A DNA stretch of 64,000 nt from the human T2T-CHM13v2.0 reference genome, Homo sapiens, in NCBI RefSeq assembly GCF_009914755.1, contig NC_060936.1; one strand, given 5' to 3'. Numbering within the stretch: the first letter of the stretch is position 1; each line of letters opens with the position of its first letter. The notes beneath the pieces are model-generated. The model made no database searches. It saw nothing but the letters and a program-made list of their open reading frames with translations, and was not told the origin of the DNA. This document shows positions 36,467-55,214 of the stretch, piece by piece. The position numbers and the translations under genes were made by a program.

Positions 36467-36788
36467 TGTAAGGTTCAGTAAAGTGATATCCAGTTACCCA
36501 GGCAGAGCTAACTATACTGAGGCAATGGATACTGGTAGGAAAAGCATGGGGGCAGACATCACTGGCACCCATTTGCCCCTGAAATGGATCAGAAGAGTTT
36601 CAGCAATACCATACCTTGTGCTGGTGCTGACATCTTTCTTTGTGAATATGCTAGCTGTGACTACCCACTACTCATGTGAAGAGATCCAAGTTCATCATGG
36701 TGTGCCAGACACGGTTGCTATTATTGGAAAATTATTCTCTTATCCAATATCTCCCTATGCCTTCCATGGGAAAATAAGTCAGTTTCAG
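36467..36788 (+). pseudogene. DAG1-like coding exon A: start codon, signal peptide, start of IG1 domain
   Basis: Acceptor ttttgcttttgtttttaaacag| ends at 36466, with branch-like ctaat ~36423. In-frame Kozak ATGs at 36525 (gcaATGg) and 36546 (agcATGg). Hydrophobic YLVLVLTSFFVNMLAV is followed by HHGVPDTVAIIGKLFSYPISPYAFHGKISQFQ. Donor CAG|GCAAGC, phase 0. Confidence 0.85.
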
Positions 36789-37250
36789 GCAAGCATCTAT
36801 GTATCTCTAACCTATCTGTTCAGCATTGTGTTCTTATAGATATTAAAATAAATAGAACCCAAATTTTCCAAGTGACTCCCATAATAATTTTTATGTTGGT
36901 GTCTCAGAGAATTAACTGAGAAAATAAAAGTATTTTTAAAGGCTCATAAATAATAATTGATTACGGGGAACCCAGTTTGGGAAGAGCAACTTAATACTTT
37001 AATAGAATATAGCATTTTTAAGACACAGACCTTAATCATCAGTTATATTAGGTAGTTGTTAGGTTTTGGTAAAAAAATTTTTAGAGAAATACTTAGCCAA
37101 ATATTTTAATGAGCCTAATGATATTTTCTGGTTTCTAGTAAAAGTTTGTATTTTTTTTATAAGGACTTTATAAACCTGAGACGAAAAAAGATATCTGTTT
37201 CTAGGGATTTAAAAAACAAACAACAGCAACAAAAAAAAACGGGTTTGTGA

Positions 37251-37620
<370 letters not shown>

Positions 37621-37722
37621 AACTCTTAGTATTAATGCGCTGCCACAGAGACAGAGCAAGCAAGTTTCAAACCTCTTCCTAAAGGCAAGTTCAGACTTTA
37701 TGTTTCGTGTATACCTGAACAG

Positions 37723-37946
37723 GTTACCCTAGTTCATGATGTCAAACTGCCAAGATGGCTGGAATATCATTCTCCCACCAAGACCTTGCAAGGACTGCCC
37801 TTAGAAGATGAGGGAGGAAATTACCAAATCATGGTGCTTGTATCTGGGGTTCTCTGTTTTCAGCAAACACAAACAGCTTTCATCTTTACCCTTCATGTGC
37901 TGGCTGGGAATGAGGTGAGGGGAAGCTTGGTTCCTTCTCCCAATGG
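37723..37946 (+). pseudogene. DAG1-like coding exon B: rest of IG1 domain (absent from ORF track)
   Basis: ctgaacag|GTT ... AATGG|gtaagt; 224 nt, open frame: VTLVHDVKLPRWLEYHSPTKTLQGLPLEDEGGNYQIMVLVSGVLCFQQTQTAFIFTLHVLAGNEVRGSLVPSPN(G). Matches DAG1 [32 protein letters not shown]. Confidence 0.93.
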
Positions 37947-39073
37947 GTAAGTACCAGAGTAGCTGTGTGTAGTGCTCAGTTTATGAGTGTAGTCAAAAAG
38001 CAAGGATAGGATTTGAAGAAATAAAATCTTGTATTTAAAAAAGAATGAGGAACAGAAGACATAGAGATGTTTTCACAATGTTGCTAAACAATAAAACCTT
38101 AAAACAAAGCTTATTACAATAATCCCTTGAATGGGAAAACAACTCCCAAGTAAATGAAAATTGGAGAACTAAGTTTTTATTTCTCATATCATTTTATTTT
38201 ATACTCATCGACCACGTACTAGCTGAAAACAGTCCTTTCTCTTTTTCTCTTTTGAAAGGCAGCTTCTTGTATACATATACGTCTATAAAAACATAGAACG
38301 TATCTGAATATTCTGGTAACGTAAGTGAAAGAAACTAGGAGATTGGGCAATGAATCTCCTATTTTACCTTTTGAATTTTTATATTGTGTTCATGTATTAT
38401 CTATTTTTAAAAGGTTAAAAGGCAGTTCTACATAGCCTAACAATTCACATTCAAGTATTTTTATCTTCCTCAAATTATTTTCAAATGTAGACATAACCAT
38501 GTCATTTACTCTCTCTTTCAACCTAAACTTTGAAGTTTTCTCTCTAGAAAGTTACCTCTATCTTCTAAAAGAATTTTTATGCAAAATTGTGAAAATTATA
38601 GATCAGGCCAATAATAACTAACTCCCACACAGCAATTCACAATTTATAAAGTACTTTCATATATGTCATTCCATCTGTTTTCGTTCTTTTGTTCATTGAC
38701 TCACTCATTCATTCAATAAGAATTTGGTGAGTGCCTAAGCGTCTTATACAAGACTCCTGAGATAGGAGTTGAAGATAATATGAATAAGCTGCTGTCAAGC
38801 AACTCATAGTGTAGTATTCCAGTAGGGTACACAGAAATGTAAAATATAAAAATTAAGAAAGGATTTTATTTTTATAAATTTTTGTAACAAATTTTAAATT
38901 TTTACTATTCCTTTTTATTTTATTATATTTTATCATTTATAACATTTTAAATATTTTTAATAAATTTATTTTATAAATAAAAATTTTAAAAAATATGAAA
39001 AATATTTAAAAGTATGACTGCAATAACAGAACCATATATAACATATAGAGACTAAATTAGTAGCTTTAACTAA

Positions 39074-39453
<380 letters not shown>

Positions 39454-39669
39454 TAAAGTTGAAAAAGTTAGCTAGCCAGAAATGCATTATAGGTTGAAAT
39501 GACTGCTCATTTCAACCGGGCTGTCCCACCCTCAGAGCCTTTCTGGTCCTGTGAGAATTACTACTTTGGTTTCCATTCAGCAAACCACACTCTTCTAGAG
39601 CCGCTGGCTTCCAACGCCAGCTCTGAACTGCAGCCTCACCATGGGCTGTTACTGAAAAGAGCACATTCA

Positions 39670-40293
<624 letters not shown>

Positions 40294-40749
40294 TCACTCG
40301 CAAAGTGTCTTACCTCAATTAAGATTCAGAACATCCCTGCAAGTTAAGTGCTATTCCTCTTTTTTATTTGAAGAAACCGAGACTCAGATCAGTTAAATAC
40401 CTCAAAATAATGTAGCCAGTCTAACCGACAAATTGGAGTTTAAACTTTTAAACTCCAAAACCCACAGCTGTTCCATTGAAATCCCCTACTTTCCCATCTG
40501 AAGTTAGAATAACTGGATTTAGATCAGGTGCTTACTCTACGTCTTTGGGTACTTAGCTACTTTGAAACTTAGCTTCTTCAACTATAAACTAAGAAAAATA
40601 ATAGTTGCCCTCTCTTCCCTCCTAGTTGTTGGATGTAGCAATGAGAGGATGTATGTGAGAATACCACATAAACTCTGAAGGAATACATAAAAATAAGGGA
40701 TTGCTAGTCAAGCAGTAATCCATGCTGTGTTTTTGTTTTAAATCTTCAG

Positions 40750-42500
40750 CATTAGGGCCGAAGGAGGTTCAAAGGAATTTTCTGCCATTATAGCTGAAAT
40801 TACTCTTAAAGCAGCTGCTGAAGCTCTTGGTGTCCAAGAGCGTCTCTTTTTGGTATACACGCTGGCCGACTATTTCCACTTAGATCCTTCTTCAGTGACG
40901 ATGAGCCCATTCAGAAGCAAGATAAACAAGCATCTGTGGAATCTTCCAGTGATGGCTGAAGATCCTAGGCATGTCATCACTTTACAAGGTGACCTTGTAC
41001 AATTCCACTGGCCTATGGGATATAAGGTTTCCACAGTACTGCCAGAGCTAATGCAAGTGTTTCAACAGCAAGCTTCCTCTAAGTATCTTGCCCAAGTTTT
41101 AGGATATACAATTGAAGGTTGGAGATTACTTCAAAAATCTCAAACAAGAAGACCCAGGCAGTTAAGCTCAATCCCCACTTCAACGATGGGGCCAACTGAA
41201 CTCATTACAAAGCTAAGCAAACCTTTCTCTGTTTTGTTACCCACCTCAGTGACTCACTGGATGCCCAAAGATGAGGCATCGCCAATTCCCAGCTTATGTG
41301 CTGCCTTGAGACAGATCACTCCTATCCCTGATCCCAACTTTATTCCAAATACTGCAAGGAGTTTATTCCAAAAGTGCACAAAGACTAAAAGGCCACAGCA
41401 TACAGCAGTGTCACAGAATTCGCTACAGGAAATGTCCTTGACTACAAACCTTGAATATTCTGCTGCTTTTGCTGAAGTCACTCCTTCGATGGTACTAATG
41501 GCTACTGCATTCACAGATTTTGACTTCCTTCAGGGTAGAACTTCTACAGTGTCAATGTCAGTAGAAAATCTAGACTCTCCAGAGTGGGAACTAAAAGGAC
41601 ACACCCTAATCCACGGGACAGAAATACAAAAGCACACTATTTTACCCGACCTTGTCTCAGAATCAATTAGTCAAGCCGGGTATTCACAAGCTCTCCTTTC
41701 ATTATCCAAGTACTCTCATTTTCTTAAGCCCTCAGTAATGCAGGATATAGCCATGCCTTCAGAAGTACTGTCTTCAATGACAACATTTCTCAGCAAATGG
41801 AGTGGCTCTGTTCCAGTCGACTGGGAAAAATCTGTACATTCACCTGACAGTCTCTTGACACCTACAGCATCAGCAAGGGAGACACTGGCAGCCTCCCATT
41901 TTCCCCTTGAGTTCAGTCAAGTACTCCTGTCAAATCAGCTAAGTCAACAGCACCTTCATGAGCATAATCACACATCTGACACTCCTGAAGTTTCTCAACA
42001 GATTCATTCATTCATCATTCCTACAGAAATAATTTCAGCTCCTGGCATGAGCATAAATACAAAATTTGTATGGAATAGTACATCTGACTCAACTCTTTTG
42101 CCCATGGAAACTGATTGTTTCATCAGCAAACTCGTAGATGAAGGCTCATTGTGTGATGGTGATGTGATTATCAAAACTCAGTCATATTCTAAGGAGACCC
42201 CATCATTTACTCAATTACATGACTTATCTGAACTGTCCCTTTCTGAGGTGTCTAAATTTTCAAATGCATTTGAGTTACCTGAAAATATGGGCTCAAAAAC
42301 TATGATGCATATTCTTAGTGACTGGTTCTGAGGCACAGAACATTTAGCTTTCAGTGGATTCTCAAGAACTAGCCAGATTTTGCCAGGCAATACAGTACTT
42401 AACTTGGATTCTACTGACATGTTTATAAGTTACCCACATACCTCCAAAAACGTATTAACAGCAAGATACAGGACTATCTCTGACTTTAATAAGGTACAAG
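40750..42500 (+). pseudogene. DAG1-like coding exon C: S6-like domain, furin site, long S/T/P-rich mucin region; internal TGA at 42329
   Basis: Acceptor ttttgttttaaatcttcag|C; phase-2 entry is in frame with the 493-aa ORF 40850-42331. The same frame continues after the TGA (ORF 42380) to donor CAAG|gtaaga at 42500 (phase 1). Confidence 0.9.
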
Positions 42501-42743
42501 GTAAGATTGTGGGAGTTGTTGAGCTTTCTCTTTGCCATATTTTTCAGAGAATATTTATACTAACAAGCAGCAACCAACTAAATAATTAAAACAGAGTAAC
42601 CTAGTGGTAACCGTGTGATGAAATTACATGTGCTTGATTTTCTTCTCTACATTTGTCTATATTTTCCAACTTTTTCAAGGAATAGAGTTGTTTTTAGGAA
42701 GAAAAAACTTTAAGAATATATCATGTAAGAAAAGTCAACAACA

Positions 42744-43047
<304 letters not shown>

Positions 43048-43117
43048 TCAATAACAAAATACAGTACCCATCTTATGCCTTATACACATTATTTAATGTG
43101 TATTGTGTTTACAATAG

Positions 43118-43506
<389 letters not shown>

Positions 43507-44012
43507 CTGTTGCAGTCTTACAGACCACCAGAGTTAGAAAAATGCTTGCTAACAGATTCAAACTCTATAACTAAAGTTAAAACCATCCTCTTTCATTTAG
43601 TTTATTTATCTCATGATATACTGCAAACAGGCAGTATGATGATTAATAACTCAGTATCTATAGTGAAACGGGTTTGAAATCTAGCTGTATAATTTACTAT
43701 ATGTGTAATATTAGGTATTCACATTAGTATATTACTTCTATCATTTATAAACTGAGGATAATTATTCCAATATATTTGTTGTGAAGATAAAATGAAGTAT
43801 GTACTTAGCACAGTGCCTGGCACATGGTTCATTAAATGCAAGCTATCATCTCTGCTCATCTTCTCTTCTCTGAACTAGCTAACTCATATCAGAGTGATTG
43901 CTTTAGAATTTGTTTCAAATCAAAACATACTTGTATGGTAATTTCCATGGAAATTTTCATTGATCTTTAATTTGGGGGAGATTTCCTTGTTTAAATTAAA
44001 TGTCTAAATTAA

Positions 44013-44382
<370 letters not shown>

Positions 44383-44986
44383 TTAGACAAGGTACAACCA
44401 GTTTGCCTGTCACTAAATATGACTGGCTTCAAGTAACATAGATGCTGACAACATGTGCTCTGCATTCTGAATCTCAGAAACCTGAGACCACGTCACACCC
44501 AGGTAAGCAATTCTATCATCATGGAATGGTAAGGCTGATGGACCTTGATGCTGTTTGAAATTCAGTAGAAACAGATCTCCCTAGTAGTTACGACTTACAT
44601 TGTTAATCAATCCCATTAAATATGCAACAGTACTTAGATGTCACTTTCAAATAGTCTATTTATCAAGTGACTGCACTACTCTATCTTCTTGATTCATTGA
44701 GTTTTTTTCAGTAGCGTGATACTCTTCTTTCCAACTTAATGCTCCCCACAATATCTAAAGCCACCTGCCTTTGTTATATTGCACCATAGCCCCATTTTTG
44801 TGATGTTATCTCATCTTCCTCAGAAAACACCAAAATGTATCTATGCAGAGCTTGAAATGTTTTGTAGTTTGAGATTTAAATGTTAATTGAAATTGGAGTA
44901 CTAGTTTGTTGCTATGATTCTGTTCAATTATGTAACTTACGTGTACCATTATCTAACTTATATGTACTGATCTTAAAACTTTTCCT

Positions 44987-45297
44987 GGGCCGGGTGCGGT
45001 GGCTCACGCCTGTAATCCCAGCACTTTGGGAGGCCGAGGTGGGCAGATCACGAGGTCAGGAGATCGAGACCATCCTGGCTAACACGGTGAAACCCCGTCT
45101 CTACTAAAAATACAAAAAAAAAAAAAAAAAATTAGCTGGGCGTGGTGGCGGGCACCTGTAGTCCCAACTACTCGGGAGGCTGAGGCAGGAGAATGGCGTG
45201 AACTCGGGAGGCAGAGCTTGCAGTGACCGAGATCATGCCACTGCACTCCAGCCTGGGTGACAGAGCAAGACTCCATCTCAAAAAAAAAAACAAAAAA
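44987..45297 (+). mobile_element. AluY
   Basis: AluY diagnostics; TSD aaaacttttcctg. Confidence 0.95.
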
Positions 45298-45423
45298 CTT
45301 TTCCTGTTCAACTTTCAACCAAAAAACAAAAAAATCAGTTTAAGAATTTAGGCTGTTTGCCAAAATATTGTTTTTCTGAAGTCCCCTAAACCAGATTTGA
45401 TTAGTTAGTAATACTAATATCTT

Positions 45424-45548
45424 TGTGTATATGTGTGTGTATATATACATCTTTGTGTGTATATATATATCTTTGTATATATATATATTTGTGTGTGTGT
45501 ATATATATATATAGAGAGAGAGAGACAGAGAGAGGGAGACAGAGAGGA
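45424..45548. repeat. Compound (TG)/(TA)/(GA) microsatellite
   Basis: Direct inspection. Confidence 0.9.
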
Positions 45549-45678
45549 GATCAATAGAAGTGTTCCTACTGCCCTATGCAAAACTAAGGGAGGAAACAAG
45601 TTAACCATCAAGACAACCTTAAGCATTTAAATAAAAAGTAGTATTTGTTGAAATTTATTTCTTGTTTGCTTCTTCTAG

Positions 45679-46827
45679 GTCAACCCAACACATTTCCAAC
45701 AGTTGTTAATTCAATCCAATTGATAACAGCAACTGTTGGGCACACATTTCATTTCCCGATCCCTCCTGACACATTTTATGACCAGGAAGATGGCAACTCA
45801 ACTCACTTGACACTTGAAATAAAATCAGTAAATGAGTATCCTTCGGGCCCAGAAAGCTGGCTGCAATTTAACATGACTCATCAAATATTGTATGGGTATC
45901 CCCTAGAACTGGATTTCCAATATTCCCCTCAGGAATTTATTCTCTGTGCCACTGATTCCGGGGGTCTGGTTGCTCAGATGCCTTTGACCATTGAACTGAA
46001 GCTACCCAGAAGTAGTCCCTGCCACACTTACACTCTGCGCACAAAAAACAGTTTCTACTCATTCATTAAAAGGAGAGAGAGAATTGGTTTATTTTTTGCT
46101 AAACTCACTGACTATCTAAACTCTAGTAACCCTGAACAGATCGTATTAATTACCCTGAGACCAGGGTCTACTATCATATCCTGGTATAATAGGGCCTTAT
46201 GTTTAGTCAACAGCAGTTCTCTGAAATGGTGTCCTAACAAAGAAATCCAGGAAATAATGTTTAAACTAAGGAGGCCTGACGGAAATGTCCATCCAAACTT
46301 TGTATATGCTATGCTGCCGGAATACAAAATTGGCACAGTTGAGAACATCACATATAGTGGAATCTGTCTTACTCTGGAGCTAGACAATGGGTTAATTGGA
46401 AACAGCATTCTAACCTCATCGAACACAGAAAATAGTCCCTGGATTAGAAATGTTATTCCGGCCTTGCTGGCAAGTACGTGTCTACTAGTTGTGGTAGCAG
46501 CAGCAGCAAGTGTAGCTTAGCATTTCTGTAAGAGTCGTCAGACTTTCCTTGTTCCTCAGTCCCTGGTGTTTCAAGGAAGAACCCTAACAAGTAACACTGA
46601 CCAAGAAATGGATGTGCTAAGGCCCTGAAAGCCACCCATCCTGGAATGTGAAGTTCCACCTTCCCCTCAGTTATGGAGAGGGTTACCACTGTCTTCTCAA
46701 CATCAAGCTTACAGAGAAAATGTGATCCCTGGCATGGAAACAAGAGCAGATATTTTTCCTACCTCCAAAATATCAACCCCTATTTCATTATGAAATGGAT
46801 CTCATTAGTCAGAGGAAGAGTAAATAA
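45679..46827 (+). pseudogene. DAG1-like coding exon D: IG2, SEA-like alpha/beta maturation domain, TM helix, degenerate cytoplasmic tail
   Basis: Acceptor cttgtttgcttcttctag|GT (phase 1) is in frame with the 291-aa ORF 45645-46520. G|S site at 46164-46169. Cys pair WCPNKEI / YSGICL. TM VIPALLASTCLLVVVAAAASVA. Tail homology continues past TAG 46518 and TGA 46626; PPKYQP lies in the +1 frame, ending TAA 46825-46827. Confidence 0.92.
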
Positions 46828-46978
46828 TGTCATCAGAAATCTAAATGCATCAACTACTGTTCAAGAAATAGGACTAATCAATATGGAAATTAGGTAAAAT
46901 CAACCATCAGATTGTCAAAAGATTAGCGATAATTTGTCCTCTGTGTTAATTGTATTAATATACTCCCAGTGAATTCTA

Positions 46979-47056
46979 ATCAGTTATTTCCCCTTGAAAG
47001 CCTAGATAATCAATTACATCAGTTATTTCCCCTTGAAAGCCTGGATAGTCAATTAT
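46979..47056. repeat. 39-bp tandem duplication
   Basis: atcagttatttccccttgaaagcct(a/g)gata(a/g)tcaatta(c/t) x2. Confidence 0.9.
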
Positions 47057-47229
47057 AAATTTGTCACCCAGGCCACCACTACCATAAACAATTCATGTAA
47101 TGATTCATCCATTACAGTCAGCAATTCCACCACTGACAAGCCCATCTCCAAATGTGAGAAGTGCTATAAACCACCAATTCAAGGCATTCATTACAACCCT
47201 CCACATAAAGGCATGATTAATTTAACAAT

Positions 47230-47235
47230 AATAAA
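47230..47235 (+). terminator. Candidate poly(A) signal of the DAG1-like gene
   Basis: AATAAA ~400 nt after the inferred stop, followed by GT-rich ggttgatgttctactatgt. Motif only. Confidence 0.35.
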
Positions 47236-48858
47236 TACACAAATAGGTTGATGTTCTACTATGTATGGGCAAAGAATTACGGAATCTTTACCTCTTCGTT
47301 GTATTTTACCTTTCACTTACAAACAAGCTCATGCCACTGTTCTAAAAATCCACACACTGGATGATATAAAAAGACTACCAAAAAATAACAAAACTTCTCT
47401 CATTTCTCTTCTACCAAGCTATAAGCAAGAGCATTTTTTGTTACCATATTTCTGAAACAGCTGACAACATTCACCATCCTCTACTTTTAACTTCATTCAT
47501 GTAACATTTTAATTGCTGCAGTTGTTTCTATTCCCACCATTCCATGGAAATGGCTTTTTGGAAGTCATTACCAGCATCTTGGTTGGCATATCCAAATGCA
47601 TTGTTTTAATTCTGCTTCTGAACATCTCTGCAGCTCCCGTGGCACTTTATGCCTACCTCTTTGACCTTTTTTTTTCTCTTCTGTCCCTTTAAACTTGATC
47701 CTCAAGGCCTGTTCTTGAACTTGGTAAGTACATAAACTTAAGGTGATTATCTATTTTAAAATAAGACACTACTTTCTTTTTAATCTTCTAAAGAGTTTAT
47801 TGTTTACTCCCCTATTTCTTACTAAGAAATTATAGGGGCACTTAATATCGCCTTTTCTCCTTTGGGTCTTTTCACTTTCAACTGATTCAAAACAGCTGTG
47901 GAATTCATTTAAAATGTTACAAATAAGAAAATTTCTAACTAAACACTAAATTAAATTTGTACCTTTCTCTAGGGGGAACTTGTTTCAATATACACCAGCT
48001 GCTAAATTTAGTTTCTATTGAATATTCAGACAGGATATAAAGACAAACATACATATTGTACCATAACAAATTGCAAATATTCAATATACTTTGCATATAA
48101 AAATGGTAATTTCATGATTCAATCTAAGATGTTCATTTTAATCACTGAAATAGAGATCTCAATGAAATCAAACTTCTTAAGAATAAATTCAGATCCTGGA
48201 ATTTCCTAAGTCTAATGCTTCCCATCTTTATGATATGGAAATTTTTAGATTTGCTCACATCTAGCAGCACCTCTGTAACAAAATTACCATTTGGAAGCTT
48301 TTGTTCTCCACATACGTGAAATTACACTAATGATTTTAATTGAAATGTGCCAGAAATAACAAAGCAAATAACTCACTGCTTCATAAAACAATCTTAAAGT
48401 ACTGTAAATTGTTTTGCTCTCAGATAAGAGCACCTTAGTTCACGGTAAATGCCAGTACTGAAGAATTCAAATGATTGATAGTCCTCCAAAACCAAGCTGT
48501 GTATTGTTCAAGCTGATTCTTAATTATTACCCAAAGCATTAATGTCAATGTATGTATTAATAATTCTGTGCAAGTTGTAATGATGGCTACACATGTCCAT
48601 ATGGTGATTTTGAACAATATTCCAATACACTGGAACTTTCTGGAGTAAAATCTCATTGTATTTATGATTGTGTGTAATCGTTTGTCACACATACCATGTG
48701 ATAATAAGCGTGCTGTAAAAATTTTGCCTTACATTATAAAAATAACTTTTAGTCAGTAGAATGTTTTAATATAATTGAAAGTACATATATTCTCTGTTAG
48801 TGTAACTTTGATTCCCACAATCATTAAGTCTGGACTTAAGATTCCAGTATAGATGAGT

Positions 48859-49240
48859 GCTATGGTTTCCATGTTCTTATCAAAACTCATGTGGAAACTT
48901 CATGGCCACTGTAACAGTATGAAGAGGTGGGATCTTTAAGAGATGATTAGTCAATGAGAGCCCCCATTCATGGATACATGAATGCCATTATCACAGGACT
49001 GGGTTAATTGTTGCAGGGGTGGGTTCCTGATAAAAGAATGGAGTTTGGCCCAATTTCCTCTGTCTCTCATGCTCACCTGCCCATCTGCCATGTTATGATA
49101 CAGCACAAGTGACTTGACCAGGAGTGGCCCCATGATATTGGACTTCCCAGCCTCTAGAACTTTTAGCTAAATAAATTTATTTCCTTTATAATTTACCCAG
49201 TCTGTGAGATTGTTATAGCAGCAAAAAATGGAATAAAACC
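48859..49240 (+). mobile_element. MST/MaLR LTR
   Basis: tgctatggttt...aaaactcatgtggaaa...ggacttcccagcctctagaac...ttgttatagcagca. Confidence 0.85.
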
Positions 49241-49378
49241 ATGAGTGATAAATATTTTTTAATTTACATTTCGTCCACGTCTCTTGATTAGTTAAATCCT
49301 CAATATGAACCATCTCTGGAGGGTGAAGTGGGTGCCCAAAGAACATCTAGTTAAGCCTGTAGAATTGTTAGCTGGAGA

Positions 49379-49685
<307 letters not shown>

Positions 49686-49786
49686 TTGTTAGTTGGAGAG
49701 CCTAACAATCAACAACATGGAGTAATATAGAAAGCTACTGGCACAGTTCAAAATCCAGCCATAGAAATTGTCTCCCAGTTGGTAGA

Positions 49787-53982
<4,196 letters not shown>

Positions 53983-54285
53983 GGTCAGAGCCCACTGAAA
54001 AGTAAATATGATCTATTAATTAGCTATTGGGTTATGGTTCCTTAAACCCCGAAAGTCTAAGATGTTAATTAGGCCTGGCCCTGCCTGTGTATGGTTTGTG
54101 TCAATGTATATCTAAACACAGTGGAATGGAGTAAAAGTAGCTCTATCTGAGGGAAGAGGACTGAGAATGAGACAGGAGTTGATAAAGGAGAGCAATGTCA
54201 ATTTCACCAGGCTGACCTGGAAGGCTGCTGAACCCCTGTGTAAAGACCAGTTGTTTTTTTTTTTTTTTCAATAGAAAATACTGAG

Positions 54286-54628
<343 letters not shown>

Positions 54629-55198
54629 TCAAGGAAAAAAATGGCAAACTTACAATTAGCATTTAACATTGAAATAACCTACCTTTTGTAACATGTTATA
54701 AACTTCTAGATGAAGCAGCACAGGAAAAAGGCCCAAGAAACATAACATGTAACCATGACATCTCTGAGAAATGAGACTAAGATTCTATCCAGAGATAAAA
54801 TCAACCTAGTAACTTTTCTTTCTTCTAAATCTGTGAAGTAATTTCCTTTACGCTTCTCTTTCAATAAGAAAAGCAAATGGATGGAAAATATTTTGCAGAA
54901 AAATATAAAGAGTAAAACTACCCAATACTAGTAAATATAAAATTATACAACCTACCTGAAAGCTCTACTTTTAAATGGGTAAGAACACATATGCAAAATA
55001 ACTTAAAACAAGATAAAAACAATGTTCTTTTTTAGAAAAGCACAATATATGATGCAGCTTAATAGGCAAAATTTTATATTAAGTATTGCAAATCTTAAAC
55101 TCTCATCAAATTTTTAAAAATTCCTATAGGTTGTTTTCAGTCATTAAGTAACTAAAGTATCTTCTAAAGTAATTCTCCAATGTTTTGCATTTCAAATA

Positions 55199-55214
55199 TT
55201 TTAATAGTTTTATT
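55199..55214 (-). terminator. INTS13: INTS13 poly(A) signal(s)
   Basis: AATAAA at 55209-55214 and ATTAAA at ~55199-55205 on the - strand, ~290 nt after the stop. Confidence 0.65.

Noticed and set aside
36441-36839. 132-aa ORF as a stand-alone gene
   Set aside because: The ATG at 36441 lies just upstream of the polypyrimidine tract, before the acceptor, and the end of the ORF is intron read-through. Only 36525-36788 is homologous coding sequence.
42241-42255. Cryptic donor GAG|gtgtct that could bypass TGA 42329
   Set aside because: It is a weak site and phase 0, incompatible with the phase-1 acceptor of exon D.
40850-42331. 493-aa ORF as an independent intronless mucin gene
   Set aside because: It has a TTG start and no signal peptide; it is the internal exon C of the DAG1-like gene.
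48564-48677. Short Cys-rich frame FCASCNDGYTCPYGD
   Set aside because: Only 37 codons bounded by stops, with no convincing splice sites or recognisable homology.
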